Assembly: GCF_006345805.1 (NCBI RefSeq)
Contig: NC_043020.1
Coordinates: 15,004,001-15,068,000 of the forward strand
Reading direction: 5' to 3'
Source: Octopus sinensis
Lineage: Eukaryota
Length of the DNA stretch: 64,000 nucleotides
A program made the translations under genes and the position numbers. Shown here piece by piece: positions 14,201 through 27,300 of the stretch (its first letter is position 1; every line of letters begins with the position of its first letter). The notes beneath the pieces were generated by a model. It had not been told where the DNA came from. It did no database searches and saw nothing but the letters and a program-made list of their open reading frames with translations.

Positions 14201-17200
14201 ATTCAGGGTAGCATTATCATCGTTATAAGTTTTCCCTCTTCCTTCAACATTGTTTCCATTTGTTGCCAAGTGTCTTCTCAACACCTAGAGCAAAGAAATT
14301 CACTGTGTACAGTGATAGGCCATTAAAATAAAAACACCAGATTCTTCATTTAAAAAATCAAGTTATGTGAAAGAAATGACTGAAAAAAACCATTTATATG
14401 GGTTGTAATTGTCTTCACAGTGACAATGCTCTTAATATGTGTGACATATCAGTTAAAGCAATCTTCTGCACTTCTTGTAGAGCTGGTAAGTCAGGGATCA
14501 TTCTTGAATAATTTTAAGTTCTTTTGATCATTCCAAATGTTCCCTCCCATCACTAGTATTGTAACCACCTTGAGATGCCACATTTTCTCAATTTCAATGA
14601 GCAAATTGTTATATTTTCTGAACTTGTCAAATGCTTTTGCTGAGGTATTATGATCACAAGGAATGCTCATGTTGATCAATTAACAAACATTATTGCTTTG
14701 GTCTTTCACAACAATATCTGGTTTATCAGCTTTGAAGTTCTGTCTGCGTATACTGGAAAGTCACAAGAGAGATTACATATTCTGCCTCAGTTACAGCCTC
14801 ATGGTGATGCTTATACTACTTGTTAGTTCCATTGAACAATGAACTAATTATTAAGGTGGCAAGCAGGAAGAATTGTTAGAATGCCAGGTAAAATGCTTAG
14901 TGGCATTTCATGTCTTTACATTCTGAGTTCAAATTCTGCCAAGGTTGACTTTGCCTTTCATCCTTTTGGGGTTGATAAAATAAGTACCTATTGAGCACTG
15001 GGGTTTATGTAATCAACTTGTCTCTTGTGCCAAAATTTGAAATTATTATTATATAAGGTAGTAAGCTAGTAGAATCGTTACTGTGGTGGGTAAAATGCTT
15101 AGCAGCATTTCATTCATGTTTATGTTCTCAGTTCAACTTCCACCAAGGTCAACTTTGCCTTTCGTACTTTGGGGTCAATAAAATAAGTACAGGTTGAGCA
15201 CTGGGATCAACATCGACTTACCCCCATCCCTGAAATTGCTGACCACGTGCCAAAATTAGAAACCAATATTTAGTGAAGTTACTTTATAATCTGTCTTCTG
15301 CTCCTGTGGTGGCTAAAATGGGTACAATGTCAAGTACTGTTGTTCATTGAGCTAGCTGTTGCATTCCACTTACTTTAGTAATAATTATTTTACTATTTGT
15401 GAGGTATATTTGCCATCTCAATATGGCTAACCACTAAGGGTGGGTGTTACTGTAGCTTATAGCCCCAGGAGAACATCTCCTCCAGCTGGCTATAGGCACA
15501 CTTTCTGTATCCTATCGGTATTTGCAAAGGGAGGTCATCCTTCCCTCCCTTAGTGGTTAGCCATAGTGAGATGGCAAATATACCTCACATTGTCGTGCAG
15601 TTACTGTTTATACCTCGTTCAGAGATTTATTATTATTTTACTATTATTTTGGATTTTTATAATGTTCTCCAAAAATGTCAGTTTTTAAAACACTAGCAAG
15701 GTATCAACTTGGTATCTAATCTAGTGTTCTGTTGTCCTGGCTATTTTCTCTCTCCAAACATGTATGCATGCAGGGATGTAAAAGTTTTCTTTGAATCATT
15801 AATTATAAAAAGTGGTGTTTGAAAATAAATTAACTTTTCATAATGGTTTTTTTAAAATTTTATTTTTAATTTATTTTTGCAGGCTGGACCTACTGTGAGA
15901 CATAAATGTCTACAAACATTGTTGAGAATGATCTATTATGCTAGCTCAAATCTTCTCAAAGTTGTCTTGAAGAATCAACCTGTTTCCAGGTGAGCAGTTA
16001 TTTTTACAGCCATGAGGCTTTATGTAGTAATTTGACATATGAAGGGGGTTCCTTTGCGGGATTGTTTAAAAAAAAAAAGAGAAAAGGTTTTCTTTGTTGA
16101 TAACAAGCAGTGTATCCTATACACCTCCAGAGAAACAGTGTCCACTTTCCCCAGTTGTGTGACATATAATTGGTTATCTAGGTTCTCACAAATCGAATAC
16201 TCTTGCTATATGTAAATAGTTGCTTTGGAGGCCAGTCTCAAAACACTGAACCTTACAAGGGAGATGACAGAGGACTGAAATATGTGGTGCACTGCTGTAC
16301 TCAAGGAAACCTGTCCACCACTGCAGAATTTAGATCCTAAAACCAATGTGCCGTATAAAATGCACTAGTGCTGGTGCCACATAGAATGTACTGATGATGG
16401 TGCTACATAAAAAGCAACCAGTACGCTGTATAAAGTGGTTGGCATTAGGAAGGGCATCCATCCATAAAAAACCAAGCCAAAACAGACTATGAAACCTGGT
16501 GCAGTCCCTGACCTTGCCAGTTTCTGTCAAGCCATCCAACCCATGCCAGTATGGAAAATGCATGTTAAATGTTGTTGTTGTTGTTAATGATGACGGCGAC
16601 AGTACTTATGGAAAACCCAATAGAAAATCTGCTGCTAAAGTTTAAAAGTAACAATTGTTAGTATAGAATTCACAATAGAACCGTAAAGACCTGTTTGATG
16701 TTTAGAGAGAAAACACTGGTTCTTGTGGAACTAGATTTGAAAGTTCAACAATTACAGAACTAGAGTAATGATGAAAATTATGCCAGGTTATAAAACTTAT
16801 TTCCAGTAGCCTAATCTTAGAGAATATGTATCTAACTAAAAACAATTATTTTGCTTAGTCACAGCAAAATATTGGCAGTGGATATAGAATTACAATCACT
16901 GAGTCACTTGATTGCAATTTTGATTATATTCCTCTGTGTATGTGTCATGTTTTACCTCCATTTTTCCATGCTTGCATGGGTTTGACAGATTTTATTGAGG
17001 CAGATTTTGTATGGCTGGATACCCTTCCTGTCGTCAGCCCTCACCGGTTTCTAAGCAAAGTAATATTTGTCCATGGCCAGACATGTTTTTCACAAAAGAC
17101 TGTAGAGGAACAACCTCACTTCTATGATGATGATTCTTATTTACAATTATCATGTGAAGTCAAGAAAAGGGCACACACATTCACTTTCCATCTACCAAAT

Positions 17201-20200
17201 CTGTTCACAAGACTTTGGTCAGCCGGAGGCTATAGTAGAAAATATTTGGCCATGATGCCACACAATTGGACTGAACCCAAGATTACATAACCATCATCAT
17301 CATCGTTTAGCATCCGCTTTCCATGCTGGCAATGGTTTGACGGTTCAACTGGGGTCCAGGAAGCCAGAAGGCTGCACCAGGCCCAGTCTGATCTGGCAAT
17401 GTTTCTACGGCTGGATGCCCTTCCTAACGCCAAATGTACATACCTGTGCATATATACACACATGATGCAGAATCACTAACATTGACTTGGTTGCAATTAA
17501 TAATGTATATTTGCTCCTGTATATAACTTGTTTACATTGGTCCTACTTATAACATACTCAGTTTGTTTCACAATCAAAATAAAATGACTTGAGCTGCCTG
17601 TTTGACGCCCAATATTTTTCTATTCTTTTAGTCACATAGCAGCTATGATGGCTTCACAAGATTTAAAGGTAGTTGTTGGTGCCATACAAATGGCTGATGT
17701 TCTCATGCAGAAACTTCCAGACATATTCAGCATTTACTTTAGGCGAGAAGGTTTGTAATAAACTTATCCTTTGCATATGTTTTGCGTTGTATTTTTAAAT
17801 ATCTCAGTATTTATATTTTTTATAAAAATGCCTCTCCACCCAGTGTATATTATTTATCTTTTACATTGTGTGTCTTGCAAGCTGGCAGAATCATTAGCAT
17901 GCTAGGCAAAGTGCTTAGCATTACATCCATCCTTACGTTCTGAGTTCAAATTCCACCAAGGTCGACTTTGGATGTAATGTAAATTATCTTTTCTTGTTTT
18001 CTGGACATTTAATTTGATCATGTGCATTTAGCTTTGGCAGACATCTGACTTCGTACAAGTACCTTTTGATGTGATGTTAGAGGAGATGTGATTTTATTGT
18101 AATATCTCTGATGCATCAAATCCACTTGTTATGTCGTATATGCATTGGGCTTCTTACCTGATGTATGTAAAGTCAATACAGTACTCTGCCAAGAAGGGGA
18201 GAATTGGATCTCAAGTCTTGTTTAAGGGTTAGATTTTACAGTTTACTATTTCATCGCCATTGATATGAAAAATTCCTACTGTTATGTTAGTTTTTGTGTA
18301 GTTAATAGGATTGATAACTAAACAATGGCAGTCAGTGAGGTCTCTTTATTGAAGATAAAACTTGCCGGGGTTTTATTTTTTCAATCTGTATTCTAAGATA
18401 TTTTTATTATTTTTTTCTATATGAACCCTAAGTTATCTTTAGGGTAAACAATCGTCCAGTGTCTTCATGTATTAGAATACTTAACAAGACCATCATGAGC
18501 AATGAAATAGAATTGTTCTGTTTGTTGTTGCTGTAAAAGTAGAAACAGATAGTTGTTGTTTAGATATCTCAAAAGAATGTCTCTATCTTAGGGAAATTTT
18601 TTAAACCAATCATTTATTAATCATTTGTTTCTGTTGTGGTGTTGTGTAAGATAATACATTTTGTAAAAATGGATCCTGTGGCTTTTAAAATGAATTTCTG
18701 TTTTCTAGGAGTTATGCACCAGATAAAGAAGTTAACAGAAATCGAAGTCCAAAGTGCATCTTCTCTTCCAAAAGGCAATACTGTTGCCCCTGGTTCAGCA
18801 TCAGGCTCAAGTTCGAGTCTCAGTAGTAGTAATGCTGATGCCATTGAGCGGAAAGATTCCTACTTCAGCATGGTAACAGTAGGAGCTACAGGGGAATCAG
18901 AAGAACACAGTTCTCAAATGTAAGTTTTTCTTCATCTATAAGTTAACTCTTAATTGCTGCCTCATGTGTTGTGTATGCATTAAAATACTCATAGCTGCTG
19001 CTTATCTGAATAGTACTTATTAGATAACAATTGTGACAGATTCTATTTGCAGTTGTATGGTACAACAGCAATGAATAAAAAAAAAAGGAAATATTTGATT
19101 TGTTGCTCCTTTAAATACAAACATATACTGAAATATGTTTTTATCTGTTGGTCTGACAAAGAATCTCATCATACACTGATTCTTGCTATCAGTAATCAAG
19201 GAAGGCTTTGGCTAACTTACACAGTACTTTTTTCCCCACTTATCATCATCATCATCATCATCATCGTTTAACATCCGTTCTCCATGCTAGCATGGGTTGG
19301 ACGGTTCGACCGGGGATCTGGGAAGCCAGAAGGCTGCACCAGGCTCCAGTCTGATCTGGCAGTGTTTCTACAGCTGGATACCCTTCCTAACGCTAACCAC
19401 TCTAAGAGTGTAGTGGGTGCTTTTTACGTGCCACCGGCACAGGTGCCAAGCGAGGCTGGCAACGGCCACGATCAGATTAGATTTTGTTTTATTTATTTAA
19501 TAGAATTTTTTGCCAATTGTTGCATGACTGCACAACATGGATTAGTTATTAGATAGTTTGGCCCACAATTATAAGGTTGTGGTTAAAATTCCTGCACTGC
19601 GTGTTGCACTGTGTCCGGGAGCAAGGTGCTTCATTTTATGTTGCCCTGGTCAGAAAAAATGTTATAGTATCTCAGAATAAAATGAGTTGCTCGTGTAGTT
19701 ATCGTCAATAGAACTTTGTTTCTTGCAAAAGCATTTAATTGTTAATGACTCAGCCAAGTTAGTGGTGTTGAGATATTTTTCATTGCTTTATTTAGTGAAG
19801 GTACTACCGAATAAGTTGCCTTTCATTAGCTTGCAGAGTGATGTTCCTCTGTAGCAAAGATGTTTCTCTACAGTTTAATGTCATGAAAACTGTGGTACAC
19901 TTCAATATGTCTTGCCTTATAATAAGACAAGGGATATAGACTTGAATCCTACTTAAATTAAACTTAGTAATTCTTCCATAAATTTATTACCATTTTGCTT
20001 TGATTGAATCATAAGAAATGTAGGAATGCCATTAAGTCTTACTTATATACTACTTTTCCTAACTAAACTGAGGCTAATAGCGCTCCAGTAACAATCTTAC
20101 TGGTTCCAACCAGTTGTTGGTAGCCTTGGTGTGGCACTGCTAGAACTTATCTTATCCAACACCTTCCTAATTCTAAATATTGAAGCTGTTGAGAATTCTT

Positions 20201-20447
20201 TTCCAATTTTCTTAACATAGTGATTTCAGAAAATAACAAGAGTAAGATATGCAATTTTGTTAATTTTATTAAGGAATGCATACACCACTGGCAGCAACTA
20301 TTCTTTGCAAAATTTTATTTTTGTTTAGTTGTGTATTCTTTGAATTTTGAAATGTTAATTGTATCTATATAGGAGTTCTTATATTTCTTAGTTAATATAT
20401 TTAATTCAAGTATGGGATTTTTTTCCTTTTAGTTTGAAATTCTATTT

Positions 20448-20478
<31 letters not shown>

Positions 20479-21361
20479 CAGTTTAAAATTTTATTTTATT
20501 GGAGTTTTCCTTTTGAATTGAATTTTGAATCAAGACTCACCACCATCATTTCCAGTTTTTAAAAAGTATATCTTTCATCAGTTTCAAATCTCAAGACAAT
20601 GAGACTGATAAGAAAGGAAAAAAACCAAAAAAAACTCTTATTGATATTCCCATTCCTGGTTTACATGAAAATAATTGATTTCAAAGTCAGTTAATATATT
20701 AACAATTTCTCACTTTGAAAATACATTTCTAGTTAAGGCAGAGCTTTTTTTTTCCAGAATAGTATGTGATTTCTAGGAATTTTAAAAGATAGTGTTCAGA
20801 TAAATGTAATTTGTCCATTTTTAATCTTTAGACTGCTAATAAACTAAGGTTAGATTAGTTATTATATAATGATTTCTCTTATATATCTAACTTGTATTAG
20901 AAAATGACAGGGAAGGGATACTCTCTAAAGTTGAATAATTTCAATAACTTAGGGACCATCATGGTGGAAGTGTTAAGATTTAAAATCATTTTGATATTAA
21001 TGTAAAAAAGCTTTAAAATAAAATAATTCAGTTATTAGCATACACCTTCGTTCTCATTCTTGTAAATGTAAACCATTGCAGACAACTGGAATTACCCAGA
21101 ATCTTCGACATGGAGCCTGTGGGCAGTGGATCCCGGGGGCCTTTTTTGTGAGTTTTGGTTCTTGGAAACTTCTTGATTTCTTCATATTAACACTAGATGA
21201 AAAGTAGTGAAGCAAGTTGGGCACTCATTGCATGATTTTGGTTTCTAAATACCTCATAACTTGAGCACAACACTCATCACATTCTAATGATAGTCAACCA
21301 CAAATTAACTAAAATCTAGCAATAATTAAAATATTTTATATTTTGTTTTATACATATTTCT

Positions 21362-21392
<31 letters not shown>

Positions 21393-24300
21393 AGCATGTG
21401 TTTTTAAATGCACAACTAGAAAGACCTAAGTAAAATTGAACTGTTTTATTCTTTAGCAATGCATTTATTTAGTAAAATTACTAAAAAAACAATTGCAACA
21501 GGATTAATAGATTTTTATGTGAAGTGAAGAAAAGCAATTTTCTGAGTCCTTAGCACTTCGTGTAGTAGCTATATTCAGAAGTATCATGGTAAGGTTAATA
21601 CAAGTGAACATACAGATCTTAGCCCATGTTCTTGTCAGAGATTATTTTTATAGCCTGAATAAAAGCAGACTATTGTGATCAGTTGGCAAGGAGCATTTTG
21701 TTAAGATATGATCAGAAAGTCCATTTATTTGTTCACCTAACACATTGTTTAACTTTACTTCAGTATTTCACTCTGAAGATGGCTACATGCAAGGTCTTTT
21801 GCTTAGCTCAGACGAAATGTTACGCTTCCTTCTAATAACAACCAAATATATTACTTAAAACGTTATTGCTTTTTAAGTTTGAACATAGGAAGGAGGGTCA
21901 GTGCTTACAGGCTTTATTGTACAGTTTGTATTCACAAAGTTAGTTTCTGAAGGTTGTAGATTTAGATGTAGTATTTCATACAGAGTTTTGTGTGTAAGAT
22001 GAAGTTAGAAAAGGGGTTGGATTTTGATTGTGTGCTAGACATGAATTTTTTTTTTTTTAAATCAGAGGATCAGGAATTGTAGAAGTAATGACAAAGGATC
22101 ATATTATTGTTGTGGATATTAGAAACTGAAGCTTTGCCAATTGACTGGATTCCATTGTATATAATTGTGGATGTTTGTGCATGAGTAATGTATGCATGTA
22201 TGTGTTTATATTAGTGTATGTATTTATTTTGAAAAAAAGTCAGGCCGACTAATAAGACTGAAACTGCATATCTGTTGCTTGTCGAGTGTTTGTGTGTTAC
22301 TTTGGTGTGCTGCAGTCCTTTCCTGTTGAATGGAATTCTTTAAACGTTTCAAGTGCCTCTGGCATTTCCTCCTCACTTTTCATATATTATTAAGTCATCA
22401 GCTGTGAAAGCAGATTGTAACTTTTTGCTTTGGATGAACAAGATCACTAAGTGGAAAATAACCCTGCAGCAGCTTTAATGGGTCTTCCCATCATTGGGTA
22501 CCTTGCACCTTAACCCTTTTGATACTAACACTCCTGAAACTGCTCCTAGTTCAGTGATACATATTTACTGTTTTGAAGTGTTTTTAATTCAAACCTAACA
22601 TTAAAGATTTCACGTTAATCTATGTTCCAAACACCAGCTTAATAATAATTTTTTTGCTAAATTCTTCATTGTTTCTGAAATCACTTGAAACAAAGTCAGT
22701 GTTTACCAAAAGAAATATGGTAACAAAAGGGTTAATGACTACTAAGGAGCAAAAGCAATGGTTTTATTTCTATTAAGGAGCAAAAGCAATGGTTTTATCA
22801 AGAAAAAGGGCTTTCAAATTTTGAAATGTACTCTGAGAACTACTTATAGGGCTTCCTATAAAAAAAAAAGTGCAGATTGAGATAACTTATTTACCTAAGT
22901 TTTAACATCATCTCCCTCGAAATAGGCACCTTGTGCAGCAATACATCGGTCCCGGAGTTCCTGCCACTTTTGGAATTTGGCCTGGAAGTTTTCCATGAGA
23001 GAGTTGTAGACCCTCTGTGATTTACTCTTGATCTTGACAACAGCGTTAAAACAGTGGCCTTTGAGCTACAATTCCATCTTGGGGAAGAGATGGAAGTCTG
23101 TATGTGCTAAATCTAGCGAATAGGGCAGAAGCAGTACCATGTTGTTTTGATGAGAAACTCACAAGTGAAAAGAGCTCAGTGAGAGGGTGCATTCTTGTCA
23201 TGAAGAATCCAGATATTAGGATTGCCTGCACAGATCCATACGACAGACCATCAACATCAGCAATGTTGTCGATTGTCCTCCACTGATCATCATGCACAAG
23301 CTGATGAATTTTCTCCCACATTTCTATGGGTGATGCTCGTAGCAAATCTTCCAGATTATTCATCTCCCAGGGATGTTCTTCTGCTTTTGAAGCACCTGTG
23401 CCTCTCAAAACATTGCATACAACCCATTTCCACATTGCTGTAAGCTTGCTAAAGCATGTTCAATGTCTGTAGCAGACTTCCCAAGTTCAACACAAAATTT
23501 CACATTGGCTCTTTGTTCCAACTTCTTGTTTGTGACAAAAATTGCAGATTACAGTATACAAGTGATCACAAAAATAAATTTCACTTGTGAAGTAAACACA
23601 GCAATGTCACTCAGCACACTGCCTCATGAAGGTCACTGCTAGCACTCACTGCACAGGCAACCATGTGCTACCATCTGTTGGCACAATGCAAAATTAGTCC
23701 GGGAACGCTTTGATACCATCTCGTATAGGATGAGCACATTTCTGCCTTGTGTAACATGGCTATACTAGAGACTGGAGTTCCATGCAACATGAACAAACTA
23801 AATTCAGATAAAAAAAAGCCACTGTGTACATGGTACAAGTCTCCAGCATTGTAGCATACTTCTCTGTTCTGTAGAAATATTACTCATAACATGTACAGAA
23901 TGTTGAATTCAGTCCAAACAAAAGCTCTTTAGGTCCTTGAAGTTCATGGAACAGAGCTTGTTAGAAGTCCTTACTGTCAAGTGTACTATAACAGGAGTCA
24001 GATTCCTGTAACAATATTCTACAATATGTAAATAAGCCACAGACCAGTAGAGTTTGGAACTATGTTGCCATAACTGTATTTTCCCTCCTGTCTATAATAA
24101 GAGACAGAAGCACATTTACTTACATGTATACACGTGATAGGAACTCCCGCCAACCAAATCCAACCTCGAGACTTCGGTTGGCTTGAGGCTGTAGCTGAAA
24201 ACATTTACCCAAATGCCACATGGTAGATCCTGTCAGTACCTAGTGTCAAGACCATGCTACAGCTAGGAGCTTTCTGAACTTAGCTACCAACATTTAGAAT

Positions 24301-27300
24301 AAACTCAGCTTGCTAGCTTCATCATGGGAAATAAAGTGCACCGGTGATTGTCATGTGTGATTGTTTCAACATAATGTTGCTATTGTATACAAGTGCATGT
24401 GATAAAAAGTGTGTGTGTGTGTGTATGTGAATGTATGTATATATGTATGAATATGTATCAGTGCTTATATATGTATGTATCTGAGAATGTATATATGTAT
24501 AATTTTATAGGTATGCTTATATAATTGCACACATATTTATGTGTGTGAATGTGTGTATTCATGTGTATATGTTTGTGTGTTCATGCTTACATACATGCGG
24601 GTGTGGTTATATGGTTAGGAAATTTGTTTTGTACTGACTTAGTTTCATGTTTGATATCACTGCACAATACCTCAGCCAAATGACTTCAATTCTAGCTTTG
24701 GGTTGACCATTGTCCTGTGAGTGGAAATGGACAGAAAATGCAAAATAAAATTTAAAAAACGTTTGTTTGTGAATGTCATTTTACATCTTGTTATCGCTGT
24801 CTGAGCAAAACAAAAAAAAAATGTTATTTATATTCCTGGGTAAGCAAAAAGTCCTGTAGATTCTGCTTCCGACCTGTTTGAAATAATTTAAACGACTGTT
24901 GCCACATATTTTCCAGACAGTTTTTTGATATTCCCTATTACTATTAACCCTAGCATAGCATAACAAAGATGTAGTGATTTCACTAGATGGTCTTACACTG
25001 TGTTTTGTATGAGGGTATCTGTGTGTTCTATTGTGCTCTGTATGGCAGTTTGGGTATGGTCTTCAGGGTAGCTACTAGTAGTCAGAATAGTAGGGTTATG
25101 TATCATTGATCTTGCTCTAGACTTCACTTTTGAAGATCAGTTGGTTTGGCTAGAGATTGCAGCAGGGGCAATATACACTTAGTTTTGTAAAGTTATAATT
25201 CCTCAGTTATTAGATGTGATTTTTGTGACTCAGTACAAACAAGGAAAATTTTTTTAATTTCATCTTTTGTTTCTATGCAACTGTGAATTAAAATTTTTTT
25301 TTCTATAAATTTAAATAATTTTAAAATGAGTTTTTTGTTTTAAAAAAAGTAGGATATAAGTATATTAAATTTGTATCTGGCTGATGTTTGTCAGTCGGTA
25401 ACTATATTTTTTTAAGTACCTCTTTTTCTAATGACTAAAAATAGATGGGAACCGTGTTACATTCTTATTTGGTTATTCTTGTTTCATGCAAGTTTAACCA
25501 CTGAGTGAAGGCACATGACTTAGTGGTTAGGGGCTCACAGTTGTAAGGTCGTGAGTTCAACACCTGGTGGCACGTTATGTCCTTGAGCAAGGCACTTTAT
25601 TTCACATTGCTCCAGTTCACTCAGCTGGCAAAAATGAGTAGTACCTGTATTTCAATAGGACCGGCCATGCCACATTCTGTGTCAAGCTGAATCTTCCTGA
25701 GAGATGTATTAAGGGTATGTGTTCCTGGAGAGTGCTCAGCCACTTGCACATTAATTTCATGAGCAGGGTGTTCCATTGATTGAATCTACTGGAACCCTCG
25801 TCATCATAACCGATGGAGTGCCTTTTTTTTTTTTTTTTTGTTTAAGTTAAACCACCCGTTAGCCTATGGAAATTTTAACCTGATAGAATACCCAGGTAGG
25901 CATAGTTATTGACTGTGTTGTCGAGATATTTGTTTTGGTAAATACTCTGAAAATGTTTCAATTACCTGTCTTTGTAGACGACTTAGTGATGTCTTGAAGA
26001 GGAAGAAGCCATCAAAGCGTGGACCAACTAAGAAGGGAAATAAAACTGATGATGCTAATGATCTCGGAGTAAAAAGTCCCAGTTTGTGTGGGAGCCGATC
26101 ATCTAGTCGTGGAAAAGCTTCAGCCAGTGAGATATTACTTTTATTTTTTATTTTTTTAAAGTAAATGTTTCTTCCCACCACCCACTCTTTTCTAAGTTCT
26201 TTGGTGGCTGTGGTGATTAATAACGCACATTATTTCAGCTTCAAGTGTATTGTTACCCCCCCCCCCCGCTTTTTATACATTGGTGTATCTGGTACTATAT
26301 ATTGTCCAATGTGTCCTGTCTCTATAGAGTGTGATTTAGAATAGACTTGGCCAATATTTCTTGGCAGGGTGAGTGATCTCATAAAAGCTCTGACTTGTTG
26401 GTAGACAACACATTCCAGAATAAGAGATTCTTGTTTTAATAATGCTTCCTTAAAGAACTTCTGCATCAGTTTTCAGATGTATCTAAGCCCCATACACTAT
26501 ATCGTTAGGCCTATCTCTTTGTTTTTCTGACCACCTTTACAACAGTCTCTGTTCTATTTCTTTCTGTATGGACCCCTGTTTTTTCTCCTCTTGTCAGTCA
26601 CCTTGACTCCATCACTATTCTTCCATTTTCTCAGAACTGATATTAATTACTTTTCATCCACTCTTTCTTCAAATCCTTCTTACTGCAAGAACTTTCTTCC
26701 TTTCTACATTTTGTCCCAACCAGTTACTTTCATACTCACTAATTAGGGAACAACTAAGTTAGGTAGCCCCCTTTATGGTGGTGGAGTGGCAGACTCAGTT
26801 ATGAGAAAACAGCACAAAGGCTTTGGCACTGAAATACGAGAATTCACTTTTATTTTTGAATTCTGAACAAAAACAAACCTACAGAGACAATTATTTTGTC
26901 ATAATGGAAATGGAAAATGCATGAGAGCAGCCTTTTTGTGTTAACAGGTTTTCATCCAATTTTCATTCTTCTCATATCCAACAGAGAATGCTTGTCTTAT
27001 TTCAGTTCTATCTTTCACATACCTCCTTGCCGCTATATAATGTCACACTTTGCACACAAGTATCCTAAAGGTTGTCTTCATATGGAGAAATAAGCCCTTT
27101 GTTGTCAAGCTTTCACAACACCTACTTTTGATTAGGTCACTTTGGTAACAGAAGGTAACTACATCTAAAGAGGTTTCTGTGGAGTTGAATTTTCTCTTTT
27201 GATTTCTCTTATTGCTTGTCACTCTTGTGTATTTTTTACCAATGAAATCTTTCTTGTCAGCCTGTCTAACATTCCACTGTGCCTTTTGTGTACTTGTTAG

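Noticed and set aside
21765-21830. Hammerhead-like CTGAAGA...GAAA motif with an intervening hairpin
   Set aside because: Stem II does not close properly on the core, and no stem I partner follows the putative cleavage site; at best a decayed relic.
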